A model generated the notes under the pieces. The model was not told where the DNA came from. It did not search any database and saw only the letters and a list, made by a program, of their open reading frames with translations. Both the position numbers and the translations under genes were made by a program. A stretch of 64,000 nt of DNA from a phage, in the sequence record OZ335961.1, one strand, 5' to 3'. Below, piece after piece: positions 1-9,208 of the stretch. The stretch's first letter is position 1; the number at the start of each line of letters is the position of its first letter.

Positions 1-498
1 TTCTTTGAGTACTATAAGCAATCAAAGTATGAAACATACAGTGAAATTATTGAAAAGGAAAGAAACGCACGCTTTGAATCTGTCGCCCTGGAACAACTCC
101 AGATAGTTCATATATCATCTGAGGCAGACTTTAGTGTGGTGTATTCTTTCCGCCCTAAAAACTTAAACTATTTTGTTGATATTATAGCATACGAAGGAAA
201 ACTACCTTCAACAATAAGTGAAAAATCACTTGGAGGATATCCTGTTGATAAAACTATGGATGAATATGCAGTTCATTTAAATGGACGTCATTATTATTCC
301 AACTCAAAATTTGCTTTTTTACCAACCAAAAAGCCTACTCCCGAAATAAATTACATGTACAGTTGTCCATATTTTAATTTGGATAACATCTATGCTGGAA
401 CAATAACCATGTACTGGTATAGAAATGATCATATAAGTAATGACCGCCTTGAATCAATATGTGCTCAGGCGGCCAGAATATTAGGAAGGGCTAAATAA
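1..498 (+). CDS. t: holin T, C-terminal part (5' end outside window)
   Basis: Frame 1 open from base 1 with no stop; C-terminus ...ICAQAARILGRAK recognised as T4 holin. Confidence 0.85.
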   Translation, partial: FFEYYKQSKYETYSEIIEKERNARFESVALEQLQIVHISSEADFSVVYSFRPKNLNYFVDIIAYEGKLPSTISEKSLGGYPVDKTMDEYAVHLNGRHYYSNSKFAFLPTKKPTPEINYMYSCPYFNLDNIYAGTITMYWYRNDHISNDRLESICAQAARILGRAK

Positions 499-771
499 TT
501 ATTTGTTCGTATACATCTCTAGATATCGATATACACCCTCAAAACCCTCGTTGAATTCGTCGATGAGGGTTTTCTTATCTTCTTGAGTTAATTCAGAAAC
601 AATTTTACGGAATGAATTCTGATTCAACTTTCTACCTTCATGCGTTACTCCAATCTCATTCAGAAATGCAATAAAATTAGCGCGATTCTCAACAATATCT
701 TCTCTGGAAAATTTAATCAAAATAGACGCAACAGTAATAATTTCACGAACTGTATCAATATTTTTATTCAT
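499..771 (-). CDS. asiA: anti-sigma70 factor AsiA
   Basis: 90 aa, MNKNIDTVREIITVASILIKFSRED... recognised as T4 AsiA. Confidence 0.9.
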   Translation of the reverse strand: MNKNIDTVREIITVASILIKFSREDIVENRANFIAFLNEIGVTHEGRKLNQNSFRKIVSELTQEDKKTLIDEFNEGFEGVYRYLEMYTNK

Positions 772-783
772 TAACTATACCAC

Positions 784-936
784 TCAATTAGTTGACTTTA
801 CTATAATATCATCAGACGCTTGATTTGTAAACTGGTCTGTGTTATTTTCTTCAAAAATTTTTTCTACGAATTCCTTGAACGACTCACGTTCCTGAGCTAC
901 ATTATGCTCGATTACCTTTTCAAGATTATGACTCAT
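784..936 (-). CDS. small hypothetical protein (50 aa)
   Basis: ATG overlaps arn stop region; below the 60 aa track cut-off, read by hand. Confidence 0.35.
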   Translation of the reverse strand: MSHNLEKVIEHNVAQERESFKEFVEKIFEENNTDQFTNQASDDIIVKSTN

Positions 937-1211
937 TCAAAATAATCTTCAATTTCATAATCATGGACATAAACCATTATAGTTTTTAATACATCATCAA
1001 TACTTTTTCCTGGAGCTGGAATTACGTAAAAATATCCTGCTTTTGAGAGGTCTTTATAAGTTCCAACTAAGAAATCATTATTCTCAAGATGTAGTTCTTC
1101 AACTAATTCATTAACAATTGAGTGGTATAAATTTGGTAGAAACTTATATAGCTTTTCTAGAATATCAATTTTGATTGTGTATTGAACCACAGACTGAGAA
1201 TCAATAATCAT
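933..1211 (-). CDS. arn: Arn, anti-restriction (McrBC inhibitor)
   Basis: 92 aa, size and sequence recognised as T4 Arn; position between asiA and motA. Confidence 0.8.
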   Translation of the reverse strand: MIIDSQSVVQYTIKIDILEKLYKFLPNLYHSIVNELVEELHLENNDFLVGTYKDLSKAGYFYVIPAPGKSIDDVLKTIMVYVHDYEIEDYFE

Positions 1212-1294
1212 AGACCTTCCCCTTATGTTTCTGTTTGCGATTAGATTCTTTAAACGCTTTCTTCTTATCCTTATGGACAGAAGCTTTATTAAAA

Positions 1295-1513
1295 TTATGT
1301 TTTGCGACTAAATTGTTCATAGTGCTGAATTACCTCTCTCAAACATTTGCATGTGAATGAAAACTTTTTAGCTACACCACATTCAAATATATGTTCTCTT
1401 AAATCACGTGTATCAGTATATCCCATCTCAACGATAAAATGTCTTATTAAATTTTTATCTTTATCATTAAGAGAATTAAAATAATCGGATTTTGAATTAA
1501 TTTCCCTGGCCAA
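1295..1513 (-). CDS. hypothetical protein (72 aa)
   Basis: ORF in co-directional packed cluster. Confidence 0.5.
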   Translation of the reverse strand: MAREINSKSDYFNSLNDKDKNLIRHFIVEMGYTDTRDLREHIFECGVAKKFSFTCKCLREVIQHYEQFSRKT

Positions 1514-1793
1514 ATTGAATCACCTTCAGTTGACGTTTTAGTTCTTTTATCATTTCTTCGTTCATCGCAATATAAAGATCACGTAAAGCTGGTTTTAGCA
1601 TTCCATTTATTGGAGAACTAAATGGACATACATAATCTTTTCCTACAAGCTTTTTAGTGAATTCCATATCGCAGAACTTAAATCCTGGTTCATTGGCATA
1701 AATTCCCCAATTAGTTGACATCATTTTATTGGCATATTCCAATGCCTGGATTTGATTCATAATTCCATCAATTTGAAACTTTTTAATATTCAT
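1497..1793 (-). CDS. hypothetical protein (98 aa)
   Basis: ORF in co-directional packed cluster. Confidence 0.5.
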   Translation of the reverse strand: MNIKKFQIDGIMNQIQALEYANKMMSTNWGIYANEPGFKFCDMEFTKKLVGKDYVCPFSSPINGMLKPALRDLYIAMNEEMIKELKRQLKVIQFGQGN

Positions 1794-2254
1794 TAGTAAA
1801 GGTCCTCAGAGTAAAGTTCTTTTTCACTACCACCGCGTTCAATACGTACTTGTCCAGCATAAGTTGCAATAATCATTGCTTCTTCACGTGTCCAATAATT
1901 ACTATACTGATCAATAAACCCTTGGTCATCATCACAAACTTGCTGAGTAACTAATTGAGGTTTAACTACATCTAAAACTTCTGCCATATCTTTAGAATAA
2001 TGACGAGCACCTGGAATAACAAGAGTTCGTCCATCTTTTAATTTAAAACGGTTGGCTGCGCAAACAATTCGTCGTTGATACTTTTGGTTTTTATCCCAGT
2101 ATGCGGTCTGCCAACAGATTTCAGGAACTTCATCTAAAACATTTTGTTCTGTGTATTCACCACTGTAAGAAGCTAATTTAGCAGCCAAACTTTCTGGGGT
2201 CTCACGTGACAAAGCTTTATCTAACAGAGCTAAACGTTCTTTAAAAGTTTTCAT
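1793..2254 (-). CDS. hypothetical protein (153 aa)
   Basis: ORF, stop/start overlap with neighbours. Confidence 0.55.
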   Translation of the reverse strand: MKTFKERLALLDKALSRETPESLAAKLASYSGEYTEQNVLDEVPEICWQTAYWDKNQKYQRRIVCAANRFKLKDGRTLVIPGARHYSKDMAEVLDVVKPQLVTQQVCDDDQGFIDQYSNYWTREEAMIIATYAGQVRIERGGSEKELYSEDLY

Positions 2255-2580
2255 TTAAACCATCCTTTAATACGCTGCCACAAAGTTTTCTGTTGAGCTT
2301 TGTTAACACCAATTGATCGAATAACTGGTTGAGATTCCTGGAATTCTTTATAATCAGCAAGGTAAATTTCGTAAGCTGCATCCGTAAATGAACTTATCGC
2401 CGCCATAAAATTATTGCGAATACCTACTGGAGCATCTTTACTTTCACGAATAATCATGTATTTACCAGTCTTAATCTTTACAATACTTCCAAGATAAGCT
2501 CCATGGTACCAGATGTCCCACCCCTCTTGAGTGGGTTCTGCACAACGACGAAGTTCATTAACAATTTCTAACTTGTTCAT
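2251..2580 (-). CDS. hypothetical protein (109 aa)
   Basis: ORF immediately downstream of motA. Confidence 0.55.
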   Translation of the reverse strand: MNKLEIVNELRRCAEPTQEGWDIWYHGAYLGSIVKIKTGKYMIIRESKDAPVGIRNNFMAAISSFTDAAYEIYLADYKEFQESQPVIRSIGVNKAQQKTLWQRIKGWFK

Positions 2581-2590
2581 TATTTATTCC

Positions 2591-3226
2591 TCACAGTTCA
2601 GATGCTACGGTGATTACTGCTTCAATGTTTTCTGCCGAGCGTTTAATGTCAAGATACACATTACCGTTTTTAGCGATTTTACATGACATTCCAATATCAG
2701 TAAATTTCTGAATATGATGTTCCATCATTTTGTATCCAAAAATTCGCATATTTCCGTTGTTGTTAATTTCAAAATTGCGAATTCCGTGAGTGCGTTTTTC
2801 TAAAATAGCAAGATAGTTACTACGGTAAGTTTCAACTTTTTTAAGAACAAATCCATTTTCATCTAAAAGTTTTAACATGAGGTCTTTATCTTCTTCCATA
2901 TCGGAAGTAATCTCACGAGCTTTACGAGTTGCTCGTTTTTTCAGTAGTTCAGGAGCATTTTCCTGCGCGTATAAAGTTGCTGCATTTGAAATAATATCCT
3001 GAGCTTCACCTGTAATGATTAATCCATCACCAGATTTCTCCACCAGGCCTTTTTTAATCAATACCCCAATATTACTATTAACTACTGCGTTACCTAAATC
3101 TGGATGCACCTCACGAACTTCTGCAGCTGTAATGAAATCTTTCTTAGCAATGGTAATTAAAATCGCAGCAGTTTTTTCATTCAGAACATCGTTAGAAGCT
3201 TTGATGATGTAAGTTACTTTAGACAT
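2591..3226 (-). CDS. motA: MotA, activator of middle transcription
   Basis: 211 aa, recognised as T4 MotA; early promoter directly upstream. Confidence 0.9.
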   Translation of the reverse strand: MSKVTYIIKASNDVLNEKTAAILITIAKKDFITAAEVREVHPDLGNAVVNSNIGVLIKKGLVEKSGDGLIITGEAQDIISNAATLYAQENAPELLKKRATRKAREITSDMEEDKDLMLKLLDENGFVLKKVETYRSNYLAILEKRTHGIRNFEINNNGNMRIFGYKMMEHHIQKFTDIGMSCKIAKNGNVYLDIKRSAENIEAVITVASEL

Positions 3227-3267
3227 TTTCTAATCTCCGTAATTCTGTATCAGTAGTTGATAGTTGT

Positions 3268-3297
3268 ATAGTACCACAGTATGCTTTGGTTGTAAAC
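3268..3297 (-). promoter_or_regulatory. T4-type early promoter
   Basis: minus strand TTTACA -17 nt- TGGTACTAT, leader with GGAG before motA ATG. Confidence 0.7.
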
Positions 3298-3322
3298 CGT
3301 TTTGTGAAAAAATTTTTGAAAT

Positions 3323-3350
3323 AAAAAAAGGGAGAGCCGAGGCTCTCCCT
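3323..3350 (-). terminator. intrinsic terminator hairpin
   Basis: GC-rich inverted repeat gggagagcc/ggctctccc followed on minus strand by T7 run. Confidence 0.7.
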
Positions 3351-3354
3351 AAAA

Positions 3355-3504
3355 TTACTGCATGACTGTGATAACTGTCATGATAACACGTTGAATTCCG
3401 AACGCAAGAAGACCTCCTGCTACGGCAGGAACAACACCTAAACCCGCCAGTAAAATGCTACCAGATACTAATGCAGCGCTTGTAATACCAATGAATGGAC
3501 TCAT
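3355..3504 (-). CDS. small membrane protein (49 aa)
   Basis: ATGA overlap with gp52 stop; hydrophobic; hand-read. Confidence 0.45.
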   Translation of the reverse strand: MSPFIGITSAALVSGSILLAGLGVVPAVAGGLLAFGIQRVIMTVITVMQ

Positions 3505-4829
3505 TTGATTTCCTCTAAATCTTTAGTGTATTCTGTAACTACATCAGTAGTTTTCCAATATTCGTTTTCTTCTTTTTTGGCTTTAGCTTCTTCAGCAAGT
3601 TTTTTTGCTTCGTCAGAAGTCATATGAAAAATATTCATTCCAACTAGTTTATCAACATAAGAAGAATACATATCAATTTTAGAAAGTTCTTCTGTCAGTT
3701 CTTTGCGAGTTTTACCTTGTACAACAATTTCACCTGAAATTACTTTCTTAATGAAATGCGCCTTGGCAAAGGCTAAACGAAATGCTGATTCAGTTTCTTT
3801 TATTTTGTTATCAATTCGTTTTTGGACATAAGTTTTACGAACTTCAACGAAGTCTTTGATTAAATCAACTACGTTATCGTAAACTTGTAGCTTTCCTTTC
3901 TCATTAATAACGGTGATATTCTGGGAACGACGCTCAATCAACCCGAAGTCTTTCATAATTTTCGCGTGCCGTTCTTCTTCGTTATCACTCAAAGAGTATT
4001 CTTTACGGAATTTAACTTTGAATCCAAAACCATGCTCACCACAAGCATCATCCCACGTAATGAAGCCTTTATCTTCAAGCGGGTCTAAAATTTTGCTCAC
4101 GTAAGTTTCACGATCATACTTATATGGAATCTCAGTGATATTCATTTGAGTTCGTGAAGTAAACTTGTACGTTCCACGAATTTCATATTGACCATCAATT
4201 TCAACGACTTCACCACGAAATTCTGGGAATTCTACCTTCGGTTTAGTTACTTTCTTTCCTTGAAGAGCTTGCAATACAGCTTTCTTGACAGAAGAAACAC
4301 TATGAGGAAGAATGTAAGTTGCATAACCAGTTGCAATACCGGAAACACCATTAAGAAGAACAGTAGGAATAATAGGCAAATAGAAAGCAGGCGGAATGTG
4401 TTCTTTATCTTGATGTACCGGAGCATATTCAGTATCTTTATATACGTTATAGAAATTTTTACTTACACGAGCAAAAATATAACGACTTGCCGCTGCTTTT
4501 TGAACGGTACGAGAACCAAAGTTTCCTTGACCATCTAACAAAGGAAAGTTATTATTCCAAGTGTTAGCCATCAAAGCGCCCGCGTCTTGTGCAGAGTTTT
4601 CACCATGATGATATCCAAGGTCCGCTACACCACCTGCAATAGAAGCGAGTTTGTGAAACTTATCTTTATTTCCTCGTGCCAAATCAAGAGCTCGAGCAAT
4701 AACAAATCGTTGAACTGGCTTAAATCCATCAATCATATTTGGGATAGCACGATTTTCAACCGTGTACATAGCATAAGCCAATGCTTCATTATCAATGATA
4801 CTTTTTAAATCGCGATTATTCAGTTGCAT
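3501..4829 (-). CDS. 52: DNA topoisomerase II medium subunit (GyrA-like)
   Basis: 442 aa, recognised as T4 gp52. Confidence 0.92.
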   Translation of the reverse strand: MQLNNRDLKSIIDNEALAYAMYTVENRAIPNMIDGFKPVQRFVIARALDLARGNKDKFHKLASIAGGVADLGYHHGENSAQDAGALMANTWNNNFPLLDGQGNFGSRTVQKAAASRYIFARVSKNFYNVYKDTEYAPVHQDKEHIPPAFYLPIIPTVLLNGVSGIATGYATYILPHSVSSVKKAVLQALQGKKVTKPKVEFPEFRGEVVEIDGQYEIRGTYKFTSRTQMNITEIPYKYDRETYVSKILDPLEDKGFITWDDACGEHGFGFKVKFRKEYSLSDNEEERHAKIMKDFGLIERRSQNITVINEKGKLQVYDNVVDLIKDFVEVRKTYVQKRIDNKIKETESAFRLAFAKAHFIKKVISGEIVVQGKTRKELTEELSKIDMYSSYVDKLVGMNIFHMTSDEAKKLAEEAKAKKEENEYWKTTDVVTEYTKDLEEIK

Positions 4830-4866
4830 AAATTTACCATACTAGTGAATGTAGTGCCATAATAAC

Positions 4867-4974
4867 ATCAGAAATGAAAAGCACGACTTGAATTAATCCG
4901 AACATTACTCCATAATATAGTGCTACCAATAAAGTAGCAAGGGCTAATGAATAGCCCAAGATTTTCTTAATCAT
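4867..4974 (-). CDS. small hydrophobic protein (35 aa)
   Basis: hand-read ORF upstream of gp52. Confidence 0.3.
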
Positions 4975-5125
4975 TAGTAGATAACAACACAAATGTTAAA
5001 TATGCACACATACCCTGGGCTAAAGCTTGTGAAAACACACTGCTAGCATCGATACAGATAGTTAAAACACATGCTACTATCCAACAAATAAATGAAATAA
5101 CTCCTAATAATTTTGCAATATTCAT
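4967..5125 (-). CDS. small membrane protein (52 aa), ac-like by size and position
   Basis: ATG with GAGGAAAAT SD; hydrophobic; T4 ac lies between ndd and 52. Confidence 0.4.
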   Translation of the reverse strand: MNIAKLLGVISFICWIVACVLTICIDASSVFSQALAQGMCAYLTFVLLSTND

Positions 5126-5212
5126 ATTTTCCTCACTGGCGTCCGAAGACGCCTTTGGTTTTAAGATTGTTACGATAGAACTGCATCACATGTTCGTTAT
5201 GGAAATTACTCA

Positions 5213-5668
5213 TTAATATGCCTGCAAAACAAATTTAAAGTTATCAGCCAACATACGGTTCATTTCTTCAAGCGTTTGATACTCAGAATGATGATTACGA
5301 GTAAACGCCAAAGCTAACTGACCTTTTCCAAATCCCGTCGTCAGAGGTTTCATCTTAGAAGCAGGCAAATAAAATACTGTGTATGGAACATTGTTATTTG
5401 CAATAGTACGCGCAAGCTGAGACCGACGTTGACGAATATGACTTAGAACTGCACTGAACCCTTGCTTAGAACGCTGATTACCTACATAAAATCGCGCAGA
5501 TACACATGGACTATCAAATGGACCACCAAATTTGCTCACTAAAAAGTAAAATCCAGGTTTAGACAAAATGTCTTTATGCGGAGTTCCAAAAACCCATTCA
5601 CCGCCCTTGATTGTACCAATAACGGTTGCGCCTGCATTATTCAGATCAGTAACAGTCATGTATTTCAT
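5213..5668 (-). CDS. ndd: Ndd, nucleoid disruption protein
   Basis: 151 aa from [14 protein letters not shown]..., GAGGAAATTA SD; track start extended upstream. Confidence 0.85.
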
Positions 5669-5728
5669 ATTAATTTCCTCTAAATTATTTTCTACTCCAA
5701 GGCCGCATGAATACACACGGCCAATAAA

Positions 5729-5944
5729 TTAATCGTCACAGTCGACGCTCAATTCCCAGAACTCTTCTACGGTATAAGTTTCAGTATCATTTTCAATACA
5801 GAAACGCTCATTACTGTTGTTTTCTAAAGTAGCGTTAACTGTCATTTTCTCGCTAGTGCTCTTAAGAGGTGAAATACGAATTAACTGATCACCATTATCT
5901 AAACAAAAAATTTCACCAACTTTTACATCTTTAAAAATTTTCAT
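5729..5944 (-). CDS. hypothetical protein (71 aa)
   Basis: ORF with GAGG SD. Confidence 0.5.
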   Translation of the reverse strand: MKIFKDVKVGEIFCLDNGDQLIRISPLKSTSEKMTVNATLENNSNERFCIENDTETYTVEEFWELSVDCDD

Positions 5945-5952
5945 AATTCACC

Positions 5953-6060
5953 TCAAGGAGTATAAAATCCGAATGCAGTTGTTGACCATCCCATCCAATA
6001 CGGAAAATTTGCACCAATGTAAAACATGAGAATATAAAACCAACCGCTCAGCAAATTCAT
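5953..6060 (-). CDS. small membrane protein (35 aa)
   Basis: hand-read, Trp/Phe-rich hydrophobic. Confidence 0.35.
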   Translation of the reverse strand: MNLLSGWFYILMFYIGANFPYWMGWSTTAFGFYTP

Positions 6061-6257
6061 CATTTTACACCATTCCAAATTGTTTCAACTACAGATTTTA
6101 AGCCATTTTGGTGAATATCCATTCCGACAACTGCCATCAAATAAATTCCAACTACAACTGAACCTAAGGCGAAAATCAGCATGAAAATGAATAAAGCCGG
6201 AAAAATATTATCGAAAAACCATTCAACAAATGTAAAAGCACTGCGTTTACGCTTCAT
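6060..6257 (-). CDS. small membrane protein (65 aa)
   Basis: ATG MKRKRSAF with GAGGAAAAT SD; TM helix. Confidence 0.5.
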   Translation of the reverse strand: MKRKRSAFTFVEWFFDNIFPALFIFMLIFALGSVVVGIYLMAVVGMDIHQNGLKSVVETIWNGVK

Positions 6258-6264
6258 ATTTTCC

Positions 6265-6378
6265 TCACATAAATCCAAAGTAAGCGTTTAATACATCAAT
6301 CATTAAAACGATTGGGAATATACTCAAAACTACTAGTATTATAACTACATTCCATATAGCTTTAACAATCTTTTTCAT
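6265..6378 (-). CDS. small membrane protein (37 aa)
   Basis: ATG MKKIVKAIW after GGAGG; track ORF 6265..6513 runs through the promoter. Confidence 0.45.
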   Translation of the reverse strand: MKKIVKAIWNVVIILVVLSIFPIVLMIDVLNAYFGFM

Positions 6379-6406
6379 TTTCTGTTCCTCCGTAGTTGAT
6401 AGGGTA

Positions 6407-6436
6407 ATAATACCACAGAGGAACAGTCTTGTAAAC
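6407..6436 (-). promoter_or_regulatory. T4-type early promoter
   Basis: TTTACA -17- TGGTATTAT on minus strand. Confidence 0.65.
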
Positions 6437-6443
6437 AACTTTT

Positions 6444-6542
6444 TTAAAAATATTCGTAATAAATGTGAATACCAACTACTACCGCTGAAACTTGCGCAAC
6501 CCACCACGCACAAGCAATAAGCACAGAATTCAAAATTTTCAT
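6444..6542 (-). CDS. small membrane protein (32 aa)
   Basis: hand-read, GAGG SD. Confidence 0.3.
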   Translation of the reverse strand: MKILNSVLIACAWWVAQVSAVVVGIHIYYEYF

Positions 6543-6621
6543 AATAACCTCATCACAAAAGTAAATACTAAACAAATCAATGGAATACTAATTAACCAAA
6601 CAAAACACCACCATAATGAAC

Positions 6622-6894
6622 TCATAGTTCAATCTCAGCGATTTTCATTTCATTACTATTAATAGCCGCTTTAAGACTATCTGAAAGAATTACATCCCAG
6701 TGGTCATTCATATGACCATTAACTAAGCGTGTAATTTCTTCGGGAGTTGAAAAATAAGGCGTATCAGACTCCCAGTGTGATAATCCCAAACGAGTATAAA
6801 TCATGCCTTCATCATCGCTAGAATATTCAACTGACACAAACTCATCAGTTATTTTATGTTTAGCGTAATAAAATTTAAATTTCATTTTACTCAA
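6622..6894 (-). CDS. hypothetical protein (90 aa)
   Basis: ORF. Confidence 0.55.
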   Translation of the reverse strand: MSKMKFKFYYAKHKITDEFVSVEYSSDDEGMIYTRLGLSHWESDTPYFSTPEEITRLVNGHMNDHWDVILSDSLKAAINSNEMKIAEIEL

Positions 6895-7097
6895 TAATCC
6901 GCTAAAAGATCGACGATTGTATCACGAAGACATTTATTCGCAATACGTTTAAGAGCAATTTCAGTTTCTGGAGCATTTTGAATAATCATCGAATTCAATT
7001 CAGCCTCAGCAAACTGAAGTTCTTTAACTAATTCAGCTTTATATTTTCCTTGCCCTTTCTTAGCTTTTGCTCGTTTTAATTCAGCCGTAGTAAACAT
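6891..7097 (-). CDS. hypothetical protein (68 aa)
   Basis: true ATG after conserved leader GGAGAATAAA; track extension translates the promoter. Confidence 0.5.
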   Translation of the reverse strand: MFTTAELKRAKAKKGQGKYKAELVKELQFAEAELNSMIIQNAPETEIALKRIANKCLRDTIVDLLADY

Positions 7098-7131
7098 TTT
7101 ATTCTCCAAATCCGTATCAGTTGATAGTTGT

Positions 7132-7161
7132 ATAGTACCACAGTCCTTGTGGTATGTAAAC
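7132..7161 (-). promoter_or_regulatory. T4-type early promoter with spacer dyad
   Basis: TTTACA -17- TGGTACTAT; spacer has CCACAAGGACTGTGG dyad. Confidence 0.7.
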
Positions 7162-7177
7162 CGTTTTGTGAAAATTT

Positions 7178-7735
7178 TTAAATGGAAAGATACCATCCGT
7201 TGTAGTTGCTTTTTCTTACAACCTTACGAAGGTCTTCTCTATCACCGATGAACTTCGGAGTGTACTGGATGACACCTGGATGAATTTCTTTAGTGTTGAA
7301 TATAATTATACAGTCAGCGACCTGATGATTCAGAATGGGCCCTAGATTTATTCCAGAACCATATGGATACTCTCCGCTGCATCCTGTTGTTACAGAAATC
7401 CAACGTGAGTCAGTTTGATGTGTCTTAACTTCTACACGAATCCCGCAGTATCTTGGATGCGCCAATACATCCCATGCGTATGTATACGGGTCATTAACAT
7501 CCTCTTGGCCTTTGTTAACATACCCGCTTAGCCAATCTGCTACAAAAAACTCTGCGTACACCGCGATACGACATCTTTCGATAACTTCTGCTTTATCCTG
7601 GTTCGGGTTTTGTTTTAAAGAGTATCTTGTTGTATCAGCAATTTTGACCTTCATTTCACTAGTCAAGTCACTGTTCGATAGGGTAAATGTCGGAATCTGA
7701 AATAGTCTCTGTAAACCCGGATTCGTTTTCTGCAT
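7178..7735 (-). CDS. denB: endonuclease IV (DenB)
   Basis: 185 aa; size and position between ndd and rIIB. Confidence 0.75.
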   Translation of the reverse strand: MQKTNPGLQRLFQIPTFTLSNSDLTSEMKVKIADTTRYSLKQNPNQDKAEVIERCRIAVYAEFFVADWLSGYVNKGQEDVNDPYTYAWDVLAHPRYCGIRVEVKTHQTDSRWISVTTGCSGEYPYGSGINLGPILNHQVADCIIIFNTKEIHPGVIQYTPKFIGDREDLRKVVRKSNYNGWYLSI

Positions 7736-7997
7736 TTAGACTTTCCTTTTTACCGCTGAGATAAGCGTTATATACTTTAAGAGTGCCGTAATAAATTCGG
7801 TCATTTTCATCTAAAGACTCACGGTCAAGTTCATCGAGTTCCTTTTTATCCATGACTATAATATCATTGCAGTAAAGAAACCCAAGTTTTTCGTGACCAA
7901 ACTCAAATTTATTGCAGTACACAATATTAGCGTGATGATTTCCGTGCAGTTTAATCTCTTTTATGTCGGAATCACCGATATTCATACAATAAATCAT
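7668..7997 (-). CDS. hypothetical protein (109 aa)
   Basis: ORF; overlaps denB 5' end. Confidence 0.45.
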   Translation of the reverse strand: MIYCMNIGDSDIKEIKLHGNHHANIVYCNKFEFGHEKLGFLYCNDIIVMDKKELDELDRESLDENDRIYYGTLKVYNAYLSGKKESLNAENESGFTETISDSDIYPIEQ

Positions 7998-8016
7998 AAT
8001 TTTTCCTTAAAACAAA

Positions 8017-8031
8017 AGGGCCGAAGCCCCT
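8017..8031 (-). terminator. UUCG-tetraloop hairpin followed by U-rich tract
   Basis: minus strand GGGGCUUCGGCCC then UUUUGUUUU. Confidence 0.55.
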
Positions 8032-8035
8032 TATT

Positions 8036-8230
8036 TTATTTGAATTGTGCAATTCTTTTTTCTAAACAATCTGCGTAAGATTTCATTGAGATGAACTGTG
8101 AAAGCAGTAATTCTTGCTCAACTTCATTAATCGTTAGAAACTTTGTGCTTTCTAAAAATTTGCTCAGTGCATTAATTTTGAGCATTAATTGATCGTATTC
8201 TTCTTTTACTCGTGCTTGATAACCTAACAT
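8036..8230 (-). CDS. hypothetical protein (64 aa)
   Basis: ORF downstream of rIIB. Confidence 0.5.
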   Translation of the reverse strand: MLGYQARVKEEYDQLMLKINALSKFLESTKFLTINEVEQELLLSQFISMKSYADCLEKRIAQFK

Positions 8231-8246
8231 AATTTTCCTTAGTTAA

Positions 8247-8258
8247 GGGCCGAAGCCC
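8247..8258 (-). other. UUCG-tetraloop RNA hairpin
   Basis: gggccgaagccc at rIIB stop. Confidence 0.5.
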
Positions 8259-9197
8259 TTATTTAAATTGTTCAGTAACGTCTTCAACTACTTCGTATTG
8301 GCAAGTACGCATTTTAGCATCGTTGTAATCAATCGGAATTGATACTACATCACGCGGATGCACTTTAACTTTTACAACTCGGCTGGTTGAACTGCCAAAG
8401 TGACGAATATAAGATTTAGAACATACATGCAGACCGCGAGAACAAGTTTGTGTATCATCGTCATTCACACGAGTACGTGGCATTTTAACTACTTTACCAG
8501 GACTGTTATCAAAAGTATTTGAATGGCAGTCAAAGTAATTACTGCGAACTACTTTCCAAGCATAGAAGTAGCCGTCTTCCGTAATTTCAATATCGTTTGC
8601 TACCAAGAAATCAAAGAGTCGAGATACCGCCTTTTGGCTCGGGTTTTCTAACAGATTTTCCAAGAACGGAAAATAAAATTCAAAGTTTTCGCCTTTTTCC
8701 ATCGAATCGAGAATACGATCAACTAAACCAGACCGCAATTCAATATTTTGATAGAACAAGCTTCCACCTTCAATTCGAACATCACCAGAAATATATTTTT
8801 CAACAGCGCGACGAACGTTAATTTTTTGCGCTGCTTCTTCCAATTTATCTGCAACAAGCAGATTAAGAATTTCCTGGAAGTTTGAATGAGTATTAGGAGT
8901 TGCGTTATAAGTTACACCGTCAACAGTAATTGAAATGAATTTTTTAGATGCATTCCAAATAATGTCAGATTTAGCAACTGGAGCAATAGCTGTATCGCTA
9001 TTAACTTTAACAGTAATGTCACCGCTAATAGTAACTTTGGAACGCTCAGCTTCTTCAGCATTTTTCAAAACACGACGGATTGTGTCAACCGATACACCTT
9101 GCCAATCAGCCAATTCCTGTTGGGTGTAATTACCACTTAAATACAGTTTAACAATTTCAGCTTGTTCGTTTTTGGTCAGGCATTTAATATTGTACAT
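8259..9197 (-). CDS. rIIB: rIIB membrane-associated protein
   Basis: 312 aa; recognised, adjacent to rIIA. Confidence 0.9.
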   Translation of the reverse strand: MYNIKCLTKNEQAEIVKLYLSGNYTQQELADWQGVSVDTIRRVLKNAEEAERSKVTISGDITVKVNSDTAIAPVAKSDIIWNASKKFISITVDGVTYNATPNTHSNFQEILNLLVADKLEEAAQKINVRRAVEKYISGDVRIEGGSLFYQNIELRSGLVDRILDSMEKGENFEFYFPFLENLLENPSQKAVSRLFDFLVANDIEITEDGYFYAWKVVRSNYFDCHSNTFDNSPGKVVKMPRTRVNDDDTQTCSRGLHVCSKSYIRHFGSSTSRVVKVKVHPRDVVSIPIDYNDAKMRTCQYEVVEDVTEQFK

Positions 9198-9208
9198 AAT
9201 TTTCCTTA

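Noticed and set aside
3015-4808. Plus-strand ORFs 3015..3212, 3913..4104, 4188..4538 and 4587..4808
   Set aside because: All lie antisense inside motA or gp52, which are strongly supported; low-complexity translations typical of antisense frames.
6265-6513. Long forms of track ORFs 6265..6513, 6891..7196, 34103..34549 and 16277..16816
   Set aside because: The N-terminal extensions are translations of the conserved promoter and leader; the real starts are the ATG after the GGAG Shine-Dalgarno.
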